A DNA stretch of 64,000 nucleotides, taken from positions 117,862,001 through 117,926,000 of the forward strand of contig OX597814.1 of NCBI GenBank assembly GCA_951406725.2. Reading direction: 5' to 3'. Source of the stretch: Octopus vulgaris (lineage: Eukaryota). Positions within the stretch are counted from its first letter, which is position 1. The number at the start of each line of letters is the position of its first letter. The notes under the pieces are model-generated. The model had not been told where the DNA came from and ran no database searches. It worked only from the letters and a program-made list of their open reading frames with translations. Position numbers and translations under genes: made by a program. Shown here in pieces: positions 13,904 to 24,796 of the stretch.

Positions 13904-14234
13904 TGTAGTGTCACTGATCTGGAAGACAAAGAAGAAGTACAGAAGCGGAGTACAATTCAATAGACGTTTATTTTACAATGTTCTCGTTCATCTGGTACGC
14001 TGTCTGTGACCATCTTTATAGCAGCGCGTGATTTGTTTTAACACCGTACACGTGCGGTTCATTTCCTCTGGAGATAAGTATGTGGAGTCAGAGTGGGACA
14101 AGAGTCCGCTGTGAGCTGCTGGCTGCGTTGTATTTCTCGGCGTTGAGCGTGAGAAGAGTGAGAGATGATTGTATATTTGCAACAAGGGGTCAAAACTGAG
14201 GTGACAATATAAATACATGTGGGGACATATAACA
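13904..14234 (-). mobile_element. Possible solo LTR
   Basis: Reads TGT...ACA on the minus strand, ~330 bp, GC-richer than the flanks, AATAAA ~65 nt from the 3' end. No TSD found. Confidence 0.3.
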
Positions 14235-14919
14235 CAAAAATTAAAAATAAAATAAAATAAATTTAACATATAATAACATGTATGATTCCTGAAAAATGAT
14301 TAAATGAAAATGAGCTGCCAGCCCCACCACTAGCAGCGTCAATTATTTCTTTTTTCAGTCCTGGTACTTTTAGCACGTCCATGCCAAAATTATCTTTCAA
14401 TACCTCGTACCGTTTTCTTGCTGTATCTTTTTTATGGCCATGTCCATCTTCCAAAATTTATGTCCCTTTTTATGTTTTACAATTGCATCTCTTTGACATA
14501 TGTGATACCAACAGGGATAATGTCCCAATCCACTCCACTTGCCTGTCCCTCCATATCCACAAATTTTGCCGTCCTCTACCCTGTCACCTCTTTCCTCAGT
14601 TCCTCATCCGTATCTTCCGTTAATACACATACGTATCCTGGTTCACGGGGGAGGGGATTTGTTGTATTTTGTGTCTGTATAATGGAGAAATTAAATGAAC
14701 AATCTGGCGCTATATTCGATGAAGCAAAGCCTTGTGAGTGGATTTTGGTATATGAAAAGCATAAGATTTCTTGACGTATACTACAAAATAATTTATTGTC
14801 TTCTTACAAAATGAAATTCTAATAAGTTGAATAATCCACGTTTTACAGAAATGGATTTTATGGTGTAAACATATATTGGTTGTTTAGAAAAAAAGAAATC
14901 TGACTGAATTGATTATATT

Positions 14920-14956
<37 letters not shown>

Positions 14957-15524
14957 TCATGCTCGAACCTAGATAATTGTCGAAATATTTTGTTTCCTGT
15001 GAATAATGTGACCGCATTTATATCAATAATGGTTGGTGCACATGCTCTGTAAATAAGTGCCCAAGTGACAATCTCTACCAGGTAAGCTTTTCAGAGGAAG
15101 AAATCAACCAAATTAGACATTACAAATACAATTTTTAAGTGGAACATTAAAAAATGCAAGACTATTGTTAATTTTAAAGTGTGACACTGTATTTGTTATC
15201 TAAATTCCAAGGACGGAGCTTTATATTTTTGTAAGAAATCATTTCCTTCTTCGAGGGAATAGTTTAAATAATCAGAAATTGAGTAGAACTTTCGCAATAC
15301 ATTGCCCATTCGTTATCCCGTACACGTTTTGTTATCACAGCGTTTTTTTCTTCTCAACCCGTTCTTCTAAAGAACCTAGGCGCGAAACATCGAAGGCTTT
15401 TTCATTGTTCTCAAGCGTTAAAATTATACAATTGCTTGTCGTTCTGACACCTTCATCATATCAACTAAGACTTCATCATATCAACTAATACACCAATCAT
15501 GGAACTATTATCTGCTTGAAGGAT

Positions 15525-15950
15525 AAAAATTGAACCGAAGTCATTGAACGACGAATAGAGTTTGTATGGGCAGACTTTGGTAAATCACGTCTGCGTAACA
15601 AACAGTGATTTGCTCATGTGTCTGAAAAAGAAAGGTTTTCATCTTGTGTGTGCTGCTTTCCATTACTTATTCATCATAAACATGGACTATAAACAAGAAC
15701 ATTGAAAATTAATTAAGAGCAATGCCGAAGATTAACAAAACGGATGAGTGGAGAAACAATATAATAATGTGGTAAAAAGTTGAACGGATATTCTCTGAAA
15801 TTGATTTTCATGGGACGTGTGTTTAGAAGAAAGGAGAAAAATGGAATAACAAATAGACAGGCTGGAGGCTACATGGTGAAAAAAAGAAGAGGGAAAGGTC
15901 ATGCAGATGTTGAAATGAAAACGTTGTTAAATTATTCGCACACAAACTTG
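15525..15950 (+). mobile_element. RTE-clade LINE relic (post-RT region)
   Basis: Broken translation IERRIEFVWADFGK..NSDLLMCLKKK..CVLLSITYSS*TWT resembles the RTE motif RRI..W.AFGK...LP..LK.K....VLP..TY..ETWT. Confidence 0.65.
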
Positions 15951-16139
15951 AATGAGGAAAACACATTAGGCCATGTTTGGTGGAGATATCATTGTACAGC
16001 ATTCGTCCAGGAGTGGACCAAACATATGCAAATATGATAACCGACCAAATATAAATAAAATCTTCCAAATTAGGGAGTGAATTATTCTGTGCAGGTATTT
16101 CGTTCTCCCCAGTTTTTCTCGTCTTTACTTTAATACTTT

Positions 16140-17040
16140 TAGATTTTACTCTAAGATTCTTTTCGATCCCAGGTCGGATACGATTGAGTAGCATGGAATT
16201 GTGAAGTTTGGCAGATATGGTTGTGAGAGTAATTTCCCTGTGTATTTGATGACACTGTAATGTCTTTGTAAACTGTTGGATGCGTCATTTTCTCCATTCT
16301 TCTCTGCGTCTTACAGAATCAATGAAAAATACCATTAAATTTCCCTTTTCCGAACTTCAAGTGAGATTTCGCCAAACCAGCTGCCTTTCTGTTCTTCAAA
16401 GGTTTTATAAATTCTTCCAGTTCAAGTATAGAAAACAACCAGAATTTCATGTTGACTTGATGGTGAACAATCTTCCTAATTTCAAAGAGTGTAATTTCAG
16501 GTCTCATAGTAAGTAGGATTTTAAAGTGATCTCTCCATAATTTGAGTCGTTCAACTTCATTTCGTGCTTTGAGTTTGGATTCTGAAAAGGATGTTCTTCA
16601 ATATTCTATGTCATAAATGGTTGTTTATTGTCAATAGAAACTTTGTCGATTTGTTTTTGAATATAAAGCTCTTGCGCTTTTTGATATTCTGAGTCTAATT
16701 TCTTCTGTACTTTAGCGAACTGCTTAAGGTTCGATCTTGTACGGCTAGTTCTTTTTAGCTTAAAAATCTTTCCCAGTGTTTCTCCCTTTACGGTAACAGC
16801 TACAGTTTCCCATGGAAACTCTACGTATAACATTTGATTTCAAAGGGTTGCACTCATCTAGTGCTTATTGGCTACAGTGACAGCATTTTCATGCTCATTA
16901 TTGGTAGTTGTTTCGCGGTATTTTACAGGGCTCCATATCAGTTACTTTATATAATTGCAAATTGATCACACATATCAGGATTGCTAGAGATGACCATTTG
17001 TAGCATTTGCTTTTGGTTTAGGTTTTCCACTTGATCTGAG
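16140..17040 (-). mobile_element. RTE/RTE-X-like LINE relic (pre-RT and RT N-terminus)
   Basis: ELEEFIKPLKNRKAAGL and ITLTTISAKLHNSMLLNRIRPGIEKNLR match the non-LTR RT domain 0/1 region. Confidence 0.7.
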
Positions 17041-17280
17041 CTGAGGCACATCCAGTTGGTTTTCTTCAACGCTTCCTCATCGACGATGAGTGTTGACTTC
17101 ATCACTTTAAATCTGAGATAAATAAATACTCTACACAGCGGAAACACCCGTCTTACATGCCCCAGAGTCATGCTACCGTCCTTGTGAAATGAAGCGATAT
17201 ATTGGGACATACACTGGTAGATCTCAATATAAAATCTCTGATTATATATTTAAGTCAAAGTTATTCTGTCCCTGCCCGTC

Positions 17281-17667
17281 TTACTCTTTTACTCTTTTAC
17301 TTCATTCAGTCATTTGGCTGCGGCCGTGCTGGCGCACCGCCGTTGGACGAGCAAATCAACCCCAGGACTGATTCTCTGTAAGCCTAGTACTTATTGTATC
17401 TGTCCCTTTTGCCGAACCGCTAAGTTACGGGGATGTAAACACACCAGCATCGGTTATCAAGCGATGTTAGGGGTACAAACACACACACATATACATATAA
17501 ATATATACGGATGGTGGCTTTCAGTTTCAGTCTACCAAATCCACTCACAAGCTTTGGTCGGCCCGAGGCTATAGTAGAAGACATTTGTCCAAGGTGCCAC
17601 GCAGTGGGACTGAACCCGAAAACATGAGGTTGGTAAGGAAGCTACTTACCACACAGCCACTACAGCG
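17281..17667 (-). mobile_element. tRNA-derived SINE, family A
   Basis: A-box-like TGGCTGTGTGGTAAG, B-box-like GGTTCAGTCCC, internal (TG)n and (AGTAAAAG)n tail. Homologous to 42678-43076 and 39480-39915. Confidence 0.88.
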
Positions 17668-17904
17668 TCTTGTCAATATTCACAACCAGAAATGAGTTCC
17701 TGTCAATAAATAACCCATAACATTATTGTAAATGATGAGATAAAAAAATGATCTGATTTTCTGATCAGAAGTTATCTCCAAGATCCCAACCAATATGGCC
17801 TCTACGGAAGGCAGAGAATATATCACACTCCTTCAGTAGAGTTTCGATTTACCTGTTTAGAACTAGCAGTTGAAAAATAAGCAGACGAATGTCCAGCTAG
17901 AGTA

Positions 17905-18050
17905 AGTAAAGTAATGTTACTTTCTCGAGTCATGACTCATAAGGGTCAGATTCTATGGCGTTTATATTCCACTCCTGGACCGGATGCCGGTCCGTAGCAG
18001 GAGTATTCTTTTTGCCAAGTTAGAGGACTAGAGCAATAGGAAATGAAGTG
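17905..18050 (-). mobile_element. Probable SINE 3' fragment
   Basis: GC-richer block ending in a short TTTAC-type tail on the minus strand, interrupted by the mariner relic. Family not identified. Confidence 0.4.
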
Positions 18051-18345
18051 AAAACGTCGCCAAGATTAGATATAATTCAACATCGTTGCGATACTTGTAC
18101 CAGCCAAGTCTTTTTTCCACATTGCGGAACCAATGATAGACACCCTGAGCCACAACCGGAGAATGGGGAGGGTGGTCAACCAGGTCGGAGCCACAGCTAC
18201 TCACAATTGCTATTGAAACCAAGAACTTGTGTGCTGGAGTCTCCATTGATTATGTGGCTCTTTTGAGGATAGTCGAGAAGCGCAATTCATTTTGCATCCC
18301 CAACTTCCCTGCAGATGAAACGACTTCGGCGTTCTTTGGGGCATG
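18050..18345 (-). mobile_element. Mariner (Tc1/mariner) transposase relic, internally deleted
   Basis: APKNAEVVSSAGK, TPAHKFLVSIAIV and DHPPHSPVVAQGVYHWFRNVEKRLG match mariner APKKAK..SAGKVM, NAPAH and HPPYSPDLAPSDYHLF. Confidence 0.8.
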
Positions 18346-21300
18346 TCAGACGGGTGTTTCCGCTGTGTAGAGTATTTATTTATCTCAGATTTAAAGTGAT
18401 GAAGTCAACACTCATCCTGGATGAGGAAGCGTTGAAGAAAACCAACTGGATGTGCCTCAAATAATGTCGAATTTGCCTGTAGTGTTATGGCGTGCTGCGC
18501 TTTGGTCAGCGGGGAGAGGACGTGACACCCACCGAGCAAACCATGCATCATGCTAAGTTTATTGTGCGTAAAATTCTCAAATTTCTCACTTGATATGATA
18601 ATATCATTGGTTATTTGATTCATAGACAATCCATCACCATGTTCCTGTTACCATCTTCCTGTCATCCATCACCATCCTCTCTTAAATTCACTTGCCTATT
18701 TTTGTATTGTTTATAAAGCTGGAGCGATACCCACTAATGAAGTAAGATGTCAGCATGTATGCCCATGGGGACTAAACCGTTTTGTTTTTGGATATACTTT
18801 ATAATACCATGTTGCCAAGTTTTGTCCATTGTCAAGAGAAGTAGCTACCAACGACTTTTGAAGTTTTCTCTCAACATTCAGGGGTCATTAATATGCTGGT
18901 GTCAGCTTTCCTGGAAAGAAACAACGAAGTTATCAACAAGAAAATGCATGCAAGATTTCATAGCATCACTCCTTCATAGTTAGCATATGAACGTGTCTGC
19001 CCATAGCATTCTTAATACGTTTTAATAATCCTAAACATTTTAAATATAGCAATCGTGTGTCTCTCTGCCGATGCTTGCGTGTGAATATGAGTGTGACCCT
19101 ACCACAATGTGTATTTTGGTAGGCGTGACCATAAATGCTTCGTTTTCAAACCTTTGACTCGTTTATCATGTAAACGCAATATCTCACCATTTATACAGTG
19201 ATGCCAACTAAACGTCATAAATTGCATACTTGAGTAGAATAAGGCATGCAAATATTTTCTTTTTTTATTTATTTCCTTTGCTGATGAAGCTGAAAAAATA
19301 ATTCAATTTATGTAATCACACCAATGGACATACAGAAACGCGTGTATGTTAAATAACGCTGGGAAAATTAATTAGCCTTCCTGCATTTTCATTGTTTATG
19401 TACTTATATATGTACATAGTACATGTATACAGATACCCACAAACATACACGCATACATGTATGCATAACTGCAGAAATACACAAAGGCGCGCGCACACAG
19501 AGACATATGTGTGTGTGTGTTTATTTCCCTGTGTATATGTGTATGTGTGTAGCAAGGACATAATATTTTTTCTAAAGCCAATATACCAAATGTATTATAA
19601 GTTTAGTAGGAAATAGTTACTTTTTTGTAAGCAGTGCGATATTCTCAATTTCCAGTTTATCTTTATAGATTATCTATAAAATTTAGAGTCAGTTCTGCAC
19701 GTTACAATGTTTCGTACATGAATTCGCCTATATAACGAATGTAATCGAAGAACGGAAAATAAGTAATGTGTGTACATACATATTTCAAGAGTTATTGCAC
19801 TTTCAACAACACCACAGCCAGCCCATCTAATATCAATGAACATATAGAGCTATATGTCATGAAATATACATAAACACCCATCACCGTTGTTTCCATGTTG
19901 GACCACATTGTTTCAATAGAGATATTCGTATACGAAACATTTTAACGTGTCGTGTTGGCTCTAAATTCTATTGAAAATCTTGACATAAACTTAATAGTGA
20001 GTATATCACGCTACCAACTAAGTGTTTACATGTAAAACTGTGTCATAATTTGTAGTGTATTGAAGAAGCAAAACGAAATAGTGTCCTTACTAGCAAATAA
20101 TATGTTCATACCAGTCGCCAGGAATGTGTACAATGTATAAATTGGTTTATTCAACTGTCAGACACAACTAAATTCAGTGGGTATTTAGGCAACCCGTTCG
20201 TGGATAGCAGATGGGTTGGGCGTATACAGACTTATTTTACAATTCTCCATTTGGTGTAAACTTTGATATTTATTAAAACTATTCTGTAAATTCCTGTATT
20301 TCTATTTACTTGAAGCTGTAGATTGTGGTATTTACAGAATCTCATTAGCAACTTCGCTGCCGGTGTCACATTTCTTTAAAATTTGATAATCTATGAATGT
20401 ATTTGATTATATTCTAAGCCTCAGTCATTATTGAGTAAATATAAAATTAAGTATATTTCCCCCCTGCAAATATTCCTTCTTTCCTCCAGATAAAATGTTC
20501 CCTTTAAAGTAAGTCACATCTATTTTTCATAATCGACACAGGGTTTGTTTCTGAAAGCAAAGAAGTCCTTGAAATCATTACCATCCATAATCTGTCGAAT
20601 ACCTGAAAGCCCTTCCATTCCTACAAATTCTAAAATTGCGTTCATCAATTAGAAGTGAAGAATCAATACCACTAATTGCCGATAATTCATATTGGTCTGA
20701 ATAAAAGAAAATTCTTCCCTAATATGGTTAACATTTCTGCAAATAATTTCTGCCTTGTTACCTGCACTTTTGAAAAAAGTAATTTCTTTTAATTCCTCCG
20801 CTATATGCAAAAATATTATAGTTTTACTGCATTCTTGCTCAATATATTGAGCATATATCTAGTGATGTGTTATACCTACAAACCACTAAGAGCAGATATT
20901 TAGACAATTTTAGTTACCTCTGCAAGTGGAAATATGCTCTAAATTGAAAATAAGCCTATAAGACTACATTAAATAGACAAATCTGTTTGATGTCAAGGAA
21001 CTTGGTGCCGTATATCAAATATTGAGAATATTGGTTTTCCTAATATTCTTAGAATGGAAGGTTGAATACACTGCCTGATGGAAATAAATCGGTATTGACC
21101 TAACGTAATTATGTCAGAGATGATGTGCGGATGCGCTTTCATTTCAAATGTAAACAGTGTATATTCTGAGATGTGCACTTCATTTGTGTTTTGACTATAG
21201 AATTACCAAATAAAGCAACAGCAAAAGATTAAAAGAGAAGGTTTGAAGGAATATCATTTCATATGTTATTGTTAACAGTCATCAATCCTTCCATGTACTT

Positions 21301-23099
21301 GAGAATACAAGTTTTTTTTTTACTGAAAATAATTTCATTTGTTTCTTTCTGTGTTTATTTAACTCACTTATCTACATCTATTGTAATGTGATCCGTGTCT
21401 TATTATATTCCTTGGCATAGTATAATATATGCTGGAGATCCTGAAGAGTTATTATCATTTTTGTTAAGTTGTAACTGCAAATTATAATCATTCACATATC
21501 AGCTTACATAAATAATATTAGAAATCTGTAAATTTTATGACCCTTTTTGAAAACTAAGCTAAAGTCTTTGAAAACTGCTTTTTGTCGTCAATATTATACA
21601 TCTCGATTATACTTCAAATTTAATTGTTTCTTGTGATTTATTGCAATCGTTGATATTAGCATTTTGTAACGTTCATATGTCATACTTAATTGGATATGTA
21701 ATGATTTTTTGAATGCTATAAATCATTTTTAATACTTAAAATATGTTATAACTGGTAATAAATTCATTTTTACGAATGCACACACAGTGTAATCCATCTT
21801 TTGATCTCATAGCATTAAAGTGCTGGCTTACTATGCTATTTTAATGTTTGCAGTTGGAGGATCAATAAAGGCTTTGTGAATCGGCGGTTGTGTCGACAGA
21901 TTCATAATTTAGAAACTATTATTGTTGACTAAAGCTGAAAACTATATTCTTTTAAGTAATATATGTGAATCTCTAGCTGTAATTTCCAACATATTTGCAT
22001 AAAACTGAACTTGTGAATAGCGACTGGAAAAGGGAATAAGTTTAGCAATGTTCAGTATCTAATTAAAAAGAGAAAAAAATACGTATCTTGTACACTTTCG
22101 TATGGATAAATGTAATATATTTAGCATTAGAGATATACAAAATATTAAGCCCATTGCAAGTTACTAAATCGTCGGGGAATTTAACCCATGACTGAGAATA
22201 TCACGCCAATGAAAATTCTGAGACCTTAACCTGTTAATATTTTTCATGGCAAGATTGGCCCGCTAGTAATCACTTATGAAAAGCAGAATTTTTTCAAAAA
22301 CCTTTAGTTGAATGTTAGAAAGCTTATAGTGATCGTAAAGTTCCCAATTGAAGGACATACATGATAAAGTATTGGAGAATATCATATTTGAAGATCGATT
22401 CTGTTGTAATGGAAATATTTTCATAAAGAGTAAATTTATCATTAATAGAATTAACATCTCATTAGAAAATAAAAGTGAAGTATATAAATTTTGTTAGTTT
22501 TATTTATTGGTTTCTTAAAAAAATAACATGTATTTCCTTGAGTATCCTAAACAATCATTGTTTTTTTTCATTATCTTTGCAAGTAATTATAGATATATGT
22601 CTAACATTATTACTTCAATTATGTCAGACACTCTATTTGAGAGATCAAGTTAAATTGGTGAGGGGATACATTTTCAACAAGTAAATCCTGTGTTTTCATA
22701 AAACACCATTGATGTAAAGAACAAAACATAATTGAAAGGCAAAACAAAAAAGAGAAAGAAATTAATTAATATAAAATGATAATAAAATAAGAACGTAAAT
22801 GAATCGAACAGCAGGATTAGCAATGAACTTTACAAAATTATATAAATTGCCTTCTAGTTTTTACATCGAAGGAAAAAGCATGTATTTTTCGTATATTATA
22901 ATTAACTAAGCCGTTTTAATTGTATAATTTCTATTTATTATCGTAATCAATCACGTTGCCTCCTCTTGAAATTTCTCCTCATCATTAGTTTCATCATTTT
23001 AATTATCTCATTCACCCTCTTCCAACCTTATGATTATTTTACTATAAATAATTTGAATAAATAATTGTTTCTGACGCAGCATATATAAAATAAAATCTA

Positions 23100-24332
23100 T
23101 CAACGATGTCCAGGAGTTCTGTTAATTGAAAAAGTTGTTTGTTCCGTGGAAAATGCATTCATGCGTTCTTTTAATCTCTGCCACAAAGTATACATCGTTT
23201 TATATCCATGTACGTGGTAAAAAACAAGCGTTCGTGTTGTGTCCTTGAAAAACCGATCCAATACCTTTCCAGAGTCAAGTACATAGGCCGAATTAAAACG
23301 GACATGTTTAATACCTAATGCTTTTACAAGCACACCAGTTACATAAACATCATCGATCCAAAAAAACGGAATTGTTAATGATTTTTTGAATAATCGGACG
23401 GCCATGTCTGGGCTCATAACATAAGCAGATCCCGAACAATACGATGGATACGTGTCCTTTGGAAATTCTTTACGTGAAACAAACCACTTACTCCGTCTGT
23501 CTCTGATCACTCTCATTCCTGTCCATACATTACACATTATAAAATCTTCCTGACCAAAATTGTGCTGATGAAGATCGGTCAACTGTTTTGCCAGCAGAAA
23601 AATGTTGACTAATATATCATCGTCTGTTTTCAGTATATATGTAGTATTGTGGCAGTATGTTGCGATCCAGCGCAACGCAGCCATTGCTTTAAAGTTTAAG
23701 TTCCGATACGAGTCGCGGAAAACACTCTGCATTATGTCATTGTAACGGTCAGATTCTAATTTGACCATATCCATAACACGAGGGCTGTCGACGACACCCA
23801 TCACAAATACTAACCTGATTTTTAAATTGCCCAACAGTTTTTTGTCACCCCATGTTTGTCGTATTGCCATTCGTCGCTTAAAGTTATTTGGTGCTGTGTG
23901 AATATAAACAATCACAAAATTATCAGAGGCACACAACAAAGAAGGATTAATGATTTGACTGGCGTTATAAGGCAGTCCTATTTCTGGCGGCACCAATAAT
24001 GAAGAGTTGTTCCAAAGTGAATTTTGAAATTTTAAAATTTCATCTTTTGACTGTAAATCATTATTACCTCTTAGCAATAAACCATTTAGAAATGAATTTT
24101 TATTTTTACTGTTAATAATTTTATTGATGTTGTTGTGATCAATGTTAATGTTCTTCCTTTTTTCCCCTTGAACCTCCTGCCGATCCCGCGCCGGTGACGA
24201 TGACAGCTGTATTAGTTTCATATCTTGTTTTTTTCTAGAAGCTAGTTCACGAAGAATGAAAAACGAACAGAGCGACAAGAATGCGAGACCCATGTAGAAT
24301 ATGCGGAAAACTTTGGGTAGGCGCGGGAACAT
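23100..24332 (-). CDS. Beta-1,3-galactosyltransferase (GT31/Galactosyl_T family, B3GALT1/brainiac-like), 410 aa, single coding exon
   Basis: Type II membrane layout: MFPRLPKVFR, TM IFYMGLAFLSLCSFFIL, N/K-rich stem. GT31 motifs RRMAIRQTWG, ESDRYNDIMQ..FRDSYRNL, YILKTDDD (DxD), YPSYCSGSAYVMS, IDDVYVTG. The track ORF starts at a GTG (24491); the first in-frame ATG is 24332 and an in-frame TGA lies at 24522-24524. Confidence 0.93.
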   Translation of the reverse strand: MFPRLPKVFRIFYMGLAFLSLCSFFILRELASRKKQDMKLIQLSSSPARDRQEVQGEKRKNINIDHNNINKIINSKNKNSFLNGLLLRGNNDLQSKDEILKFQNSLWNNSSLLVPPEIGLPYNASQIINPSLLCASDNFVIVYIHTAPNNFKRRMAIRQTWGDKKLLGNLKIRLVFVMGVVDSPRVMDMVKLESDRYNDIMQSVFRDSYRNLNFKAMAALRWIATYCHNTTYILKTDDDILVNIFLLAKQLTDLHQHNFGQEDFIMCNVWTGMRVIRDRRSKWFVSRKEFPKDTYPSYCSGSAYVMSPDMAVRLFKKSLTIPFFWIDDVYVTGVLVKALGIKHVRFNSAYVLDSGKVLDRFFKDTTRTLVFYHVHGYKTMYTLWQRLKERMNAFSTEQTTFSINRTPGHR

Positions 24333-24538
24333 TGGGGCCGGCGATCTCTTATGCCGGCTGCGTTTTACATGTCTTACACCTCTCTCCGCTCGTCGATGGC
24401 CATCGTCATGTGAGGGAACGACAGGAGAAGGAGAATTCTTCTTGTTTGGAACTGGAATGATTGCAGAACTAGCTGCCTGGTCGTTGATCACGACATCTGC
24501 AGCCTGCTTGAACGATTCGCTTCAACCGCCAGGTAGCT

Positions 24539-24565
24539 CTGAAAGAAGAATATAAAAAGAGATAA
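24539..24565 (-). promoter_or_regulatory. 3' splice acceptor of the coding exon
   Basis: Minus strand TCTTTTTATATTCTTCTTTCAG|AGCTAC, with an abrupt GC increase after the AG. Implies upstream 5'-UTR exon(s). Confidence 0.75.
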
Positions 24566-24751
24566 TTAGTGAAATCAAAAGAATCAAATTACGAGTGTAC
24601 ATATATACATATACATACGCACAAACAAACATACAAACACATACATATGTGTATATGTTTTTGTGTGTGTTACACAGAGTATATAAATATATAAAATATT
24701 CAATTAAAATAAATACATTTTTACAGCCTAGTAGGAACCTCACACTTCGAT

Positions 24752-24796
<45 letters not shown>

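Larger units (their letters stand above)
17042..18459. repeat. ~125-bp inverted repeat arms (17042-17167 and 18334-18459)
   Basis: Arms are reverse complements with few mismatches; ORFs 16947-17210(-) and the 18.4-kb region share this sequence. Confidence 0.9.

Noticed and set aside
19278-19305. CTGATGA-agct-GAAA (and similar at ~59407 and ~52474)
   Set aside because: No formable stem II, stem III or stem I; chance matches.
24333-24491. Track start (GTG 24491) as the true start of the galactosyltransferase
   Set aside because: Non-AUG start. ATG 24332 gives the usual short cytoplasmic tail before the TM helix. Kept only as a possible extension.
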